Of a stretch of DNA of 64,000 bases, positions 17,055-25,761 are shown one piece after another. A program made the position numbers and the translations under genes. Source of the DNA: an uncultured virus (IMG/VR IMGVR_UViG_3300043427_002950) (lineage: Duplodnaviria > Heunggongvirae > Uroviricota > Caudoviricetes); IMG/VR virus record IMGVR_UViG_3300043427_002950, positions 1-64,000 of that record. The stretch is one strand, 5' to 3'. Below the pieces are notes generated by a model. That model did not search any database. It was not told where the DNA came from and saw only the letters and a program-made list of their open reading frames with translations. Every line of letters starts with the position of its first letter. Within the stretch, counting starts at the first letter, position 1.

Positions 17055-17062
17055 GAAATTCT

Positions 17063-17821
17063 ATGGCAAGAAAAAGAAGGGGACCGACCGAAAATCAAGT
17101 TGGTGTTGGGTTGACACCGAAACAATTAAGAAGAAAAAAACCAATCAATGTAGATCTTTTAAAAGATATTACCCCCTTAACAGATAATCAAGAACGATTA
17201 TTCAATGCCTATGAAGAAAATAAACATTTAGTTGCATATGGCGCAGCAGGAACTGGAAAAACATTTATCACACTCTATAATTCTTTATGTGATGTTTTGG
17301 ATGAAAGATCACCATACGAAAAGATTTATTTGGTAAGGTCACTAGTTCCCACAAGGGAAATTGGATTTCTTCCAGGATCTCATGATGACAAAGCAGATCT
17401 TTATCAGATCCCATATAAAAACATGGTAAAAGCAATGTTTGATGTGTATGATGAAGCTGCAGAAGAGATGCTCTATGCAAATCTGAAGACACAAGGAACT
17501 ATTAGTTTTTGGTCAACTTCATTTATTCGTGGAACGACATTTGAAAATGCGATTATTATTGTTGATGAATTTCAAAACTTGAACTTTCATGAGCTTGATA
17601 GTATAATTACAAGAGTTGGAGAAAACTCTAAGATCATGTTCTGTGGAGACACAAGGCAAAGTGATCTCACAAAACAATACGAACGATCTGGAGTTGTTGA
17701 TTTTATGAGGATCTTGCAGCAAATGCCTTCCTTTGAAATGATTCATTTTGAAGTTGATGACATTGTAAGATCTGGACTTGTTAAAGAATACCTTACTAAA
17801 AAAACGGAGCTTGATCTTTAA
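17063..17821 (+). CDS. phoH: PhoH-family ATPase
   Basis: GAAGTGKT, REIGFLPG, RGTTF, DEFQN, GDTRQSD. Confidence 0.95.
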   Translation: MARKRRGPTENQVGVGLTPKQLRRKKPINVDLLKDITPLTDNQERLFNAYEENKHLVAYGAAGTGKTFITLYNSLCDVLDERSPYEKIYLVRSLVPTREIGFLPGSHDDKADLYQIPYKNMVKAMFDVYDEAAEEMLYANLKTQGTISFWSTSFIRGTTFENAIIIVDEFQNLNFHELDSIITRVGENSKIMFCGDTRQSDLTKQYERSGVVDFMRILQQMPSFEMIHFEVDDIVRSGLVKEYLTKKTELDL

Positions 17822-18519
17822 TGTTTACACATGTTGATTTGAATCTTCCCAATCTTAAAAGGGAAACTATAGATGGAATTCGATATTATAAAATCCCAGG
17901 ACAAGAAAATCTCCAAAGGCTGGTGTCGATTACTTCAGTCACCAGCCATTATAATAAAGAAAAATTTTCTGAATGGAGAGAAAAGGTAGGAGAAAAAGAA
18001 GCAAATCGTATCTGTAAAGAATCTACTTCTATTGGAACAGATACTCATACACTTACTGAACAATATCTTAAAAATCTTGATTGCAATTCTGATGTTCTTC
18101 CTATGTCTGAAATGCTATTTCAGATTATGGTTCCTGCCCTAAACAACATAAATAATATTCACGCACTTGAAGGTTCCCTTTATAGCTCATCTCTCGGGAT
18201 TGCTGGAACTACCGATTGTATCGGAGAATATACTGGAGATAATGGAATACCAGAATTAGCAATAATTGACTTCAAAACCTCAAAGTATCCAAAACCAAGA
18301 AAATGGATTGAAGATTATTTCGTCCAATGTTGTGCGTATGCATGTATGCTTCATGAATTAACAGGTCTTTCTGTTAAAAAATTTGTTATTATCATGGGTT
18401 GCCGAGATGGCGAACTCCGTGTTTATGAAGAGTACGATAAGAAAAAATATTTTAATCTCTTGCTTAAATATATCAAAAAATTTGTTAATGATAAGGTAAT
18501 GGATTATGAGTGTATTTGA
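17821..18519 (+). CDS. PD-(D/E)xK exonuclease
   Basis: SITSV, GTDTH, AGTTDCI, IIDFKTS, QCCAYA. Confidence 0.85.
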   Translation: MFTHVDLNLPNLKRETIDGIRYYKIPGQENLQRLVSITSVTSHYNKEKFSEWREKVGEKEANRICKESTSIGTDTHTLTEQYLKNLDCNSDVLPMSEMLFQIMVPALNNINNIHALEGSLYSSSLGIAGTTDCIGEYTGDNGIPELAIIDFKTSKYPKPRKWIEDYFVQCCAYACMLHELTGLSVKKFVIIMGCRDGELRVYEEYDKKKYFNLLLKYIKKFVNDKVMDYECI

Positions 18520-18817
18520 CAATTTCATAGATTTAAATTTAGAAAATACAATGGATAAAGAATATAAACAGGAAATTAAAAAAGTCCTACAGGAAAAATT
18601 TTATTGTCCGTCCAGGTTTGCTCAAGAAATTGAGAAAGTTGTTCAAGAAGAAAAAGTTTCTTACATTGATGCTATCATTTATTTCTGCGATAGAAATAAA
18701 ATTGATTTGGAATCAGTTCCAAAACTTCTTTCAAAACCATTGAAAGAAAAGATTAAATGCGAAGCAATTCATCTTAATTTTCTAAAGAAAACCTCTAAAG
18801 CACGATTGGTATTTTGA
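18506..18817 (+). CDS. gp33: Late transcription coactivator gp33
   Basis: SYIDAI..KLLSKPLKEKIKCEA..LNFL; synteny. Confidence 0.85.
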   Translation: MSVFDNFIDLNLENTMDKEYKQEIKKVLQEKFYCPSRFAQEIEKVVQEEKVSYIDAIIYFCDRNKIDLESVPKLLSKPLKEKIKCEAIHLNFLKKTSKARLVF

Positions 18818-19410
18818 ATCTTAATCCGTTAGAATGTTATAGGACTTATATTGCAATTAAGAATCACTTTACTCAGAAAAAATATGATTTTCACAAATAC
18901 AATGGTAAAGTGAAAGCTTCTTTGCAATCTTTTTACAATCGAAAAGACAGGTTCTGGTTTGAAAAAATGTCCAGAACAAAAACTGAAGAAGAAATTAAAA
19001 ACTTTTTTGTTGCCAATTTTGCATCTTGTGATGATCCCCAGACCTTATGGATTGGGGAAATCATTAAGAATGGAGAGCAGAACTATAAGAACTGGCAAAA
19101 GAAACTTCAATCTTTAACTTATATCTTCAAAGAAGAATTGGATGTTATATTTTCTGATGGAGATTTTGTTTCCAACTTCAAAGTCATTGGATCTAAACAC
19201 CCACGTATAATTAAACTTTATCTATCTGGAAAAGTTTCATTAGAAACTCTTGTTATTCTCAACAGGGTTTTAAAATACAAATCAAATTATGACAAGAATC
19301 TTATCGATCCAATATGGGAATTTACTTCCATGAAGATAGAAAAGTATTCTCCTTTTATACATATTGACATGGATAAGTACAAAAATATAATTAAGGAGTT
19401 TATCAAGTGA
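18814..19410 (+). CDS. gp59: Helicase loader gp59
   Basis: YIAIKNHFT..YDFHKYNGK, RKDRFWFEK, SLETLVIL. Confidence 0.9.
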   Translation: MNLNPLECYRTYIAIKNHFTQKKYDFHKYNGKVKASLQSFYNRKDRFWFEKMSRTKTEEEIKNFFVANFASCDDPQTLWIGEIIKNGEQNYKNWQKKLQSLTYIFKEELDVIFSDGDFVSNFKVIGSKHPRIIKLYLSGKVSLETLVILNRVLKYKSNYDKNLIDPIWEFTSMKIEKYSPFIHIDMDKYKNIIKEFIK

Positions 19411-19733
19411 GTTTTTTTAATTCTGAAATTGTACGAGCAGAAATGACTGAGATTACAATTCTCCAGGAAGATATCTATAAAAATATTTTTAAATTTCCAA
19501 CAATGAATTTAGATGAAAAGAAGTTTCATGTTGGGTTACTTGAAAAACTTCTTGAAAAGCAAAGGATTTTATATACCAGATTATCTCTTTCTGATGACCC
19601 AGAAGCAATTGAATTTAAAGAAAAAATTCAAAGGCAAGCAGTGATGATGGGAATGCAAGAGAATATAGATATTGGTGTGATTTTTAATAATATGGAATCC
19701 ATGATTAAAGTCATGAAAGATGTTTTATCATAA
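19407..19733 (+). CDS. DUF1825-like conserved cyanophage protein
   Basis: FFNSEIVR, KQRILYTRLSLSDDPEA. Confidence 0.75.
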   Translation: MSFFNSEIVRAEMTEITILQEDIYKNIFKFPTMNLDEKKFHVGLLEKLLEKQRILYTRLSLSDDPEAIEFKEKIQRQAVMMGMQENIDIGVIFNNMESMIKVMKDVLS

Positions 19734-19741
19734 AATAAATT

Positions 19742-20470
19742 ATGACGTATAATATAAGTAATACATGTCAAATAGAAAATCTTTCAAATATCTATGAGCA
19801 TGTTTTTGGATTTCCTTATGAGGGGTTTTTTGTTGAAGTTGGAGCTTATGACGGAGAATTCTGCTCCAATACAAGTGGACTTTCTGATTTTGGGTGGAAT
19901 GGATTATACATAGAACCAATTCAAAGGTCGTATGAACTTTGTTATAATAGGCATTATTATAACAAAGCCGAAGTAATTCGTTGTTCTATTGGGTCTGTTG
20001 AGGGAGAAATAAATTTCTATAACTCTTACAGTAGATCAATGGACAAAGATAGTCAAGATTGTTTATATTATCAATATTCAACATCAGATATGTCTGAAGT
20101 TTTAAGAACTCCAGACATAGAATGGATGAGTCATATATCTTATGATATTGTAAAGGTTCCTCAATATAGACTGGAAGTAATTTTAAAAGAACACAATGTA
20201 CCAAAAAATTTTGATATCTTAGTAGTTGATGTTGAAGGGAATGAGTACGATGTTATGAAATCTTTTTCTATTGATTTTTGGAAACCAAAAATGATTATAA
20301 TAGAATTAAAAGAATTAAATGAAAAATATCAAAACTTTTTGGATTACATAGAAGAATGTAAATTGATAAGAAAAAAAATAATTTCTCATGGATATAAAGA
20401 AATATATAAAGATGATATAAACACTATATTTTTAGATACAGGGCTTGACATCCCTTCTTGCCACTGGTAG
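19742..20470 (+). CDS. FkbM-family methyltransferase
   Basis: FVEVGAYDG..SNT, GWNGLYIEP, VVDVEGNE. Confidence 0.85.
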   Translation: MTYNISNTCQIENLSNIYEHVFGFPYEGFFVEVGAYDGEFCSNTSGLSDFGWNGLYIEPIQRSYELCYNRHYYNKAEVIRCSIGSVEGEINFYNSYSRSMDKDSQDCLYYQYSTSDMSEVLRTPDIEWMSHISYDIVKVPQYRLEVILKEHNVPKNFDILVVDVEGNEYDVMKSFSIDFWKPKMIIIELKELNEKYQNFLDYIEECKLIRKKIISHGYKEIYKDDINTIFLDTGLDIPSCHW

Positions 20471-20473
20471 GAT
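20445..20473 (+). promoter_or_regulatory. Sigma70-type promoter for gp32
   Basis: TTGACA-17-TAGGAT. Confidence 0.7.
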
Positions 20474-20516
20474 AAAGTCGTCGTAAAGGCCAAATCTCAA
20501 ACAATCCGTAAAACAC

Positions 20517-21464
20517 ATGTCTGATTTTTCTAAACTCAAAAAGCAATCCTCTCTTGGTTCTCTCACCGAAAAACTGGTGAAAGAAGTTGAAAAACTGAAT
20601 AGTGGAAATGGCACTGATGATCGTCTCTGGAAACCTGCAATGGGTAAGGACGGTGTTGGTTCTGCCGTTATCCGATTCCTGCCTGCCCCTCCCGATGAAG
20701 ATCTTCCTTGGGTGAAGATGTATTCTCATGGATTCCAAGGTCCTGGTGGATGGTACATCGAAAATTCTCTCACCACAATTAGCAAAGAAGATCCCGTTGC
20801 AAAACTGAATCGTGGTCTTTGGAACACTGGTGATCCTAAAGATCAGGAAACAGTCCGTAAGCAAAAGCGTAAACTGTCCTACTACAGCAACATCTACGTT
20901 GTAAAGGATCCCGCAAATCCTCAGAATGAAGGTAAAGTATTTCTCTTCAAGTATGGTAAAAAGATCTTTGATAAGATCCTGAATGCAATGCAACCAGAGT
21001 TTGAAGACGAAGAACCCATCAATCCTTTTGATTTTTGGGCAGGAGCAAACTTCCGTCTGAAGATTCGTAAGGTGGAAGGTTACTGGAACTACGACAAATC
21101 TGAATTTGATACTGCTGGTCCTCTTCTTGAAGACGATGAAGCACTGGAAGCAATCTGGAAGAAAGAGTATTCTCTTTCTGCAATCCTTGCTCCTGATCAA
21201 TTCAAGTCCTATGAAGAACTTGAGAAGCGCATGAATTATGTCCTTGGCATCAATCGTGTTGCTCCCAAAGCATCTACTCACGATGAAGAGGAAGAGTATG
21301 AATCTTATGCTCCTAAGAAAACTAGTGAGGAAGATGTTCTGAGGGAACTTGAAAATTCTTACAAGAAGAGTAAGGATGTTGCTCCTGCAAAACAAACTGA
21401 TCTAGAAGAAAATGATGATGAAGACGATTATCTTCGCAAGTTCCAAGGTCTTCTTGATGATTGA
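20517..21464 (+). CDS. gp32: Single-stranded DNA-binding protein gp32
   Basis: DDRLWK, AVIRFLPA, HGFQGPGGWYIENS, NPFDFW.GANF, acidic tail. Confidence 0.95.
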   Translation: MSDFSKLKKQSSLGSLTEKLVKEVEKLNSGNGTDDRLWKPAMGKDGVGSAVIRFLPAPPDEDLPWVKMYSHGFQGPGGWYIENSLTTISKEDPVAKLNRGLWNTGDPKDQETVRKQKRKLSYYSNIYVVKDPANPQNEGKVFLFKYGKKIFDKILNAMQPEFEDEEPINPFDFWAGANFRLKIRKVEGYWNYDKSEFDTAGPLLEDDEALEAIWKKEYSLSAILAPDQFKSYEELEKRMNYVLGINRVAPKASTHDEEEEYESYAPKKTSEEDVLRELENSYKKSKDVAPAKQTDLEENDDEDDYLRKFQGLLDD

Positions 21465-22256
21465 TTAATCTTCAAAATCTACAGTAGATCCTCTTTTCAA
21501 GGTTCCAGACACATACTGTTTGGAACCTTTTTTGTATTCAAGATTTTCTTCCATTTGATCTATAAGAATTCCCAAATATTCTCTCTTTAAAACAAAGATC
21601 TGTCTTTTTTCTTCGTTAATTTTTAATTCATACTCATAATTTGATACTTCTTTTATCACACTATTGTAGAGAACATCTTTACCAGTTCCGTAGTCAAAAA
21701 ATTGAAGATACGTTGGTTTAAGTTTCAAATAATTTGGGTTTGGAACTTCTACATCAATAATTGTAGTTATTTCAGTTCTGGGGTCAAATACTTCTTGCTT
21801 TTCTATAATAGTTTGTTCAAAATCAATGTATTGATTTGAAACTTGAAGTCCAGCTGGAACTATGACAACTCCTTGACTATCTTTTATTTCTAAAGTTTCA
21901 TAATATCTCGGTGAATATAATTCTTGAAAATTGCCATACTTCTCCATTAAATATGCTTCAAAATTTAATTGAGATAATGGCCATTCAGAATACATGTCAA
22001 TAATATTATTTGATAGTAAAATAACCCAGTCCAGATTTTGATCTTCATAAACTTTATATGCAACATTATCTGGTCTATCATCGCCTTCAATAATATAACG
22101 ATCAAATACTGTGAGGTTATTAAACAAATCTTCTCTTATGCTTCCCCTCACGAAAAAATTTTTAACTTTGATGAAGTCTGAGGAACCTATTTTGCCTGGA
22201 CCTCTTGAGATGTATTCAAAATCTGGAATATATCTGAAATAGTTGTTATCTGACAT
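21465..22256 (-). CDS. gp53: Baseplate wedge protein gp53
   Basis: DDRPDNVAYKVY..LDWVILLSNNI..EWPL, SNYEYE..NEEKRQI. Confidence 0.88.
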   Translation of the reverse strand: MSDNNYFRYIPDFEYISRGPGKIGSSDFIKVKNFFVRGSIREDLFNNLTVFDRYIIEGDDRPDNVAYKVYEDQNLDWVILLSNNIIDMYSEWPLSQLNFEAYLMEKYGNFQELYSPRYYETLEIKDSQGVVIVPAGLQVSNQYIDFEQTIIEKQEVFDPRTEITTIIDVEVPNPNYLKLKPTYLQFFDYGTGKDVLYNSVIKEVSNYEYELKINEEKRQIFVLKREYLGILIDQMEENLEYKKGSKQYVSGTLKRGSTVDFED

Positions 22257-22257
22257 T

Positions 22258-23481
22258 TTAGTAACCTATTGCATGATTGTCTTCAAAGTAATCTGTATCA
22301 TAAAGTGGTTCTATTTCTTGAAACTGTAAGTTTAATGTATATGCCACCATAGTTCCTTCCGAATCATTATATGTTGCATACTGTCCAAGTGGAGTATAAT
22401 CAGTAGTAAAAGAAAGTAACGCACATGCTTTTGTTTTGCCAGAAATTTTTGGACTTATTTTCCCAATTGATGGGTGAATTTGGGATCCTTTTAAATACTG
22501 AATTGTGAATACGTGAGGTGCTTTTAAAAAGGCAGCACTGGCATCTCTTCTTACTGCCATATGCCTCTTAAAATATTTTATAATTGTTTTTATGGTAGCT
22601 GCTTCAGTTTTATCCCTTGCACTCATCTTAAAAGTCATTTGGAACTGTCTTAACTGTGGACCTTGAAATAACAACTCAAGGTTGGGGTTTAATATTTTTG
22701 CTGCTGTTCTTGCTAATATATCAGGTCTTCCGACAGCAGCTCCAGCAGCAAGTTCTCTCATTTCAGCTTGTTGCTGCTGAAGAAAGTTTGCTGCTTGTGT
22801 TTGAGATTCTTGTGCAACTACGGTAGGTTCTTTTCCTTCTGCTATTAATTGTCTAGCTTTATCTAATCCAGCCTGCTCTGCTGGATTTAATGTTCCCTCA
22901 CCCCATTTAACAACATTTGTATCTGTTATTGGTCCTTGAACTGCAATATAGATTGAAGCATCTTTAATAAGAAATTCAGATTTTTTTCCTGGTATAATTT
23001 CGACCGCAGTAAATCTTACTTTATCTTGAGCATCAGTCATATTGACTGGATACTGGAATCTTTTTCCAGCCGCAGTAGTTTGGGATTGTTGGGTTACTGT
23101 TGGTTCTACTTTTCTCGCATCTTGCTCCAAATTAGTGGGATCTATTCCACTATTAGATTGAGATTTGAATGAATTTGAATTATTAGCTGCAGTTTTCTGT
23201 GCGTCTGAACCATTGGATGAGATTAATCTATATGTCAATCCATTTGCAGTTGATTGTAATGTTGTTTTATTTGATCCTATTTGCTGATCTAAAGCATTAT
23301 TTTTTGTGGTCCAGGATGTATCATTTAAATTTCTTTCGTATATTACATTACTAGTTCCCTTTTGAACTATTTGCTGCTTTCCGTCTAAGGTTGTTATAAG
23401 TTCCGTCTGAACATTTTGAGATCCTATTACTCCGATTCTATAAGATGATCCTTCTTGTTTCCAACCTATTGGAAGAGCCAT
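22258..23481 (-). CDS. gp48: Baseplate tail-tube cap gp48
   Basis: NPNLELLFQGPQLRQF, LQFQEIEP; synteny. Confidence 0.82.
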   Translation of the reverse strand: MALPIGWKQEGSSYRIGVIGSQNVQTELITTLDGKQQIVQKGTSNVIYERNLNDTSWTTKNNALDQQIGSNKTTLQSTANGLTYRLISSNGSDAQKTAANNSNSFKSQSNSGIDPTNLEQDARKVEPTVTQQSQTTAAGKRFQYPVNMTDAQDKVRFTAVEIIPGKKSEFLIKDASIYIAVQGPITDTNVVKWGEGTLNPAEQAGLDKARQLIAEGKEPTVVAQESQTQAANFLQQQQAEMRELAAGAAVGRPDILARTAAKILNPNLELLFQGPQLRQFQMTFKMSARDKTEAATIKTIIKYFKRHMAVRRDASAAFLKAPHVFTIQYLKGSQIHPSIGKISPKISGKTKACALLSFTTDYTPLGQYATYNDSEGTMVAYTLNLQFQEIEPLYDTDYFEDNHAIGY

Positions 23482-23498
23482 TTTTTAGTTTATTGCAG

Positions 23499-23512
23499 TA
23501 TTTATATTTATA
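23499..23512 (-). promoter_or_regulatory. Overlapping T4 late promoters for gp48-gp53
   Basis: TATAAATA twice on - strand (23499-23506, 23505-23512). Confidence 0.65.
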
Positions 23513-23963
23513 GTCCCAAATCGTCTTCCGTTATTACCTTAAAATGAATTAATCTGCTTTCACAAAAATCTTGTGCTGCCTTCCATTTTGCTTTATTTTT
23601 TTCGTAAGTTAATACTTCATTAATGTATGTTTTATTTCTTTTTCCTGTAGTTTTTTGTGGCTTTACCGTCTGCCTTTTTGGTTTAACTTCTATAATGTAT
23701 CTACTTATTTTTCCATCAGATTCTTCAATTTTCATATAGAAATCTGGGAAATATCTACGAACTCTTTCTGTAGTTGGGTCATAATAAGGTATAAAAAATT
23801 CCTCACTTCCCCACTCAAGTATATTTTCTTTTCTATCACAATACTTCATGAATTTCAATTCCCATGAAGATCTGTATATAATATTATTTACATCGCCCTT
23901 GTATTTTTCTGGATTCCTTGGGTGAAATTTTCCTTGATGATATTTACCTTCTCTTTCTCGCAT
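23508..23963 (-). CDS. gp4: Head completion nuclease gp4
   Basis: NPEKYKGD..YRSSWE, WGSEE, RYFPDF, IEVKP, NKAKWKAA. Confidence 0.92.
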   Translation of the reverse strand: MREREGKYHQGKFHPRNPEKYKGDVNNIIYRSSWELKFMKYCDRKENILEWGSEEFFIPYYDPTTERVRRYFPDFYMKIEESDGKISRYIIEVKPKRQTVKPQKTTGKRNKTYINEVLTYEKNKAKWKAAQDFCESRLIHFKVITEDDLGL

Positions 23964-23987
23964 ACATATTATATAAGTCTTTAATCG

Positions 23988-23995
23988 TATTTATA
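23988..23995 (-). promoter_or_regulatory. T4 late promoter for gp4
   Basis: TATAAATA on - strand 24 nt upstream of the ATG. Confidence 0.65.
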
Positions 23996-23996
23996 G

Positions 23997-24809
23997 ATGC
24001 CTTTACGAGCACCTAAACCAGATGTTGCAAGGACAGATGTAACTTATTGGAAAGGTATATTTGCAAAACCTTCCTTAACATCGTTTTATCAATGTTGGTT
24101 TTATCCTACAGAAAAATCTAAATCGTGGATAAAAGAAAGAGGATTAGATTTTAAGAGCCTTGAAGAAAACATATCATTTCTCTGTTCAGAAGCTTCTCTT
24201 CCTGGGTCCCAACTTGCTACTAATGAAATTCTTTCGGACTATACTGGAGTTACAGAAAGACATCCATATAGGAGGCAATTTGATGAAAGAATGGACTTTA
24301 CATTTTATGTTGATCATTATGGAGCTAGAGGAGCTGGTGGTTCGGGAAATAGTCATAACATAATTTGGTTTTTTGAAAATTGGATACAACATGTAGTAGA
24401 TGAGTCGATTATTCCAGTTGGAGACAGACCATCAAGTGAAGATGGAAATTATTTTTATAGAGTTGCTTTTCCAACAGACTATCAAACTGATATTTTTATT
24501 AATAAGTTTGAACGAGATTTTACTGGAACTTATTTGTCATATAGATTTCATAAAGCCTATCCAATTTCCATAGCATCGATGCCAGTTTCTTATGATTCTT
24601 CTCAAATTTTAAAATGTACGGTTTCTTTTTCATTCACAAGATATACTGTCAATAGATACGTTTATAATATTGCCAGTCAGGTCAGAGATAATCCATTACT
24701 TAATAATCTCCCAGCAACTCTTAATCCATTGAGAAGAAGAGTTGATGAGAATATTGTTGACACGACTAGAGCCGTTATTGACAGTGTTGCAGGATTCCTT
24801 AGATACTGA
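23997..24809 (+). CDS. gp54: Tail tube initiator gp54-like (tube-fold protein)
   Basis: CSEASLPG, FTFYVD, FFENW, AYPISIASMPVSY..CTVSFSF; synteny. Confidence 0.65.
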   Translation: MPLRAPKPDVARTDVTYWKGIFAKPSLTSFYQCWFYPTEKSKSWIKERGLDFKSLEENISFLCSEASLPGSQLATNEILSDYTGVTERHPYRRQFDERMDFTFYVDHYGARGAGGSGNSHNIIWFFENWIQHVVDESIIPVGDRPSSEDGNYFYRVAFPTDYQTDIFINKFERDFTGTYLSYRFHKAYPISIASMPVSYDSSQILKCTVSFSFTRYTVNRYVYNIASQVRDNPLLNNLPATLNPLRRRVDENIVDTTRAVIDSVAGFLRY

Positions 24810-24850
24810 TATATATAATAAACACATTGCCTGAATTGGTTTAACTAATT

Positions 24851-25573
24851 ATGCCATTACCTAAAATTTCTACACCATCATACGAATTATCTTTACCTTC
24901 TTCTGGTCAAAAAGTTTCATATAGACCATTTTTGGTTAGAGAAGAAAAGCTTTTAGTTCTTGCTTTAGAATCTGAAGATAATAAAGAAATTACTACAGCA
25001 GTGAAGCAAGTAATTAAAAATTGTATTGAATCTCCAAAAAGTATAAAAGTTGAATCTTTACCGACATTTGACATTGAATATTTGTTTTTAAATATTAGAG
25101 GAAAGTCTGTAGGAGAAGTCGTTGAAGTTAATATTATCTGTCCAGACGATAATGTGACGCAAGTTCCTATTGAAATTCCCATCAATCAAATTGAAGTTGA
25201 AAAAAACGAAAAGCATACTACAAAAATCAAAGTAGATGATTCTATTACTATGGAAATGAAGTATCCATCCTTGGATCAATTTATTAAAACAAATTTTGAT
25301 TTTTCTCAAGACAATAATGTGGAGCAATCTTTTGAATTGATTGCCTCATGCATCGATAAAATTTACACTGAAGAAGAGGTTTGGGATTCTGCAGATGTCA
25401 CTAAAAAAGAACTTGTAGACTTCCTGGATCAAATGAATTCTGTTCAATTTAAGCAAATTGAAACATTCTTTGAAACTATGCCCAAATTGACTCATAAGGT
25501 AAAAATAACAAATCCAAACACAAAAGTTAAGAGTGAAGTCATTCTGGAGGGACTTTCTGCTTTTTTCGCGTAG
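24851..25573 (+). CDS. gp26: Baseplate hub assembly protein gp26
   Basis: MPLPKI.TP.YEL.LPS, YRPFLVREEK, FDIEYLFLNIRGKSVGE. Confidence 0.88.
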   Translation: MPLPKISTPSYELSLPSSGQKVSYRPFLVREEKLLVLALESEDNKEITTAVKQVIKNCIESPKSIKVESLPTFDIEYLFLNIRGKSVGEVVEVNIICPDDNVTQVPIEIPINQIEVEKNEKHTTKIKVDDSITMEMKYPSLDQFIKTNFDFSQDNNVEQSFELIASCIDKIYTEEEVWDSADVTKKELVDFLDQMNSVQFKQIETFFETMPKLTHKVKITNPNTKVKSEVILEGLSAFFA

Positions 25574-25575
25574 GC

Positions 25576-25761
25576 ATGTCTCATATGGATTTGGAAAATT
25601 ATTATAGATTAAATTTTGCCTTAATCCAATTCCATAAATATTCTTTGACTGAAATAGAAAATATGATGCCTTGGGAAAGAGACATCTATGTTATGATGTT
25701 AGAAGAGCATCTTGAAGAAGAAGAATTAAAACGCAAGACAGCAAACAAAAATGGATTCTAA
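25576..25761 (+). CDS. gp51: Baseplate hub assembly catalyst gp51-like (possibly a -1 frameshift extension of gp26)
   Basis: NFALIQFHKYSLTEIENMMPWERDIY. Confidence 0.8.
   Translation: MSHMDLENYYRLNFALIQFHKYSLTEIENMMPWERDIYVMMLEEHLEEEELKRKTANKNGF

Noticed and set aside
17821..18519. Cas4-like nuclease as a sign of CRISPR-Cas
   Set aside because: Standard T4-like cyanophage exonuclease in phoH-gp33-gp59 synteny; no cas genes or array
20424..21395. 323-aa antisense ORF
   Set aside because: Mirror of gp32, explained by codon bias; no motifs
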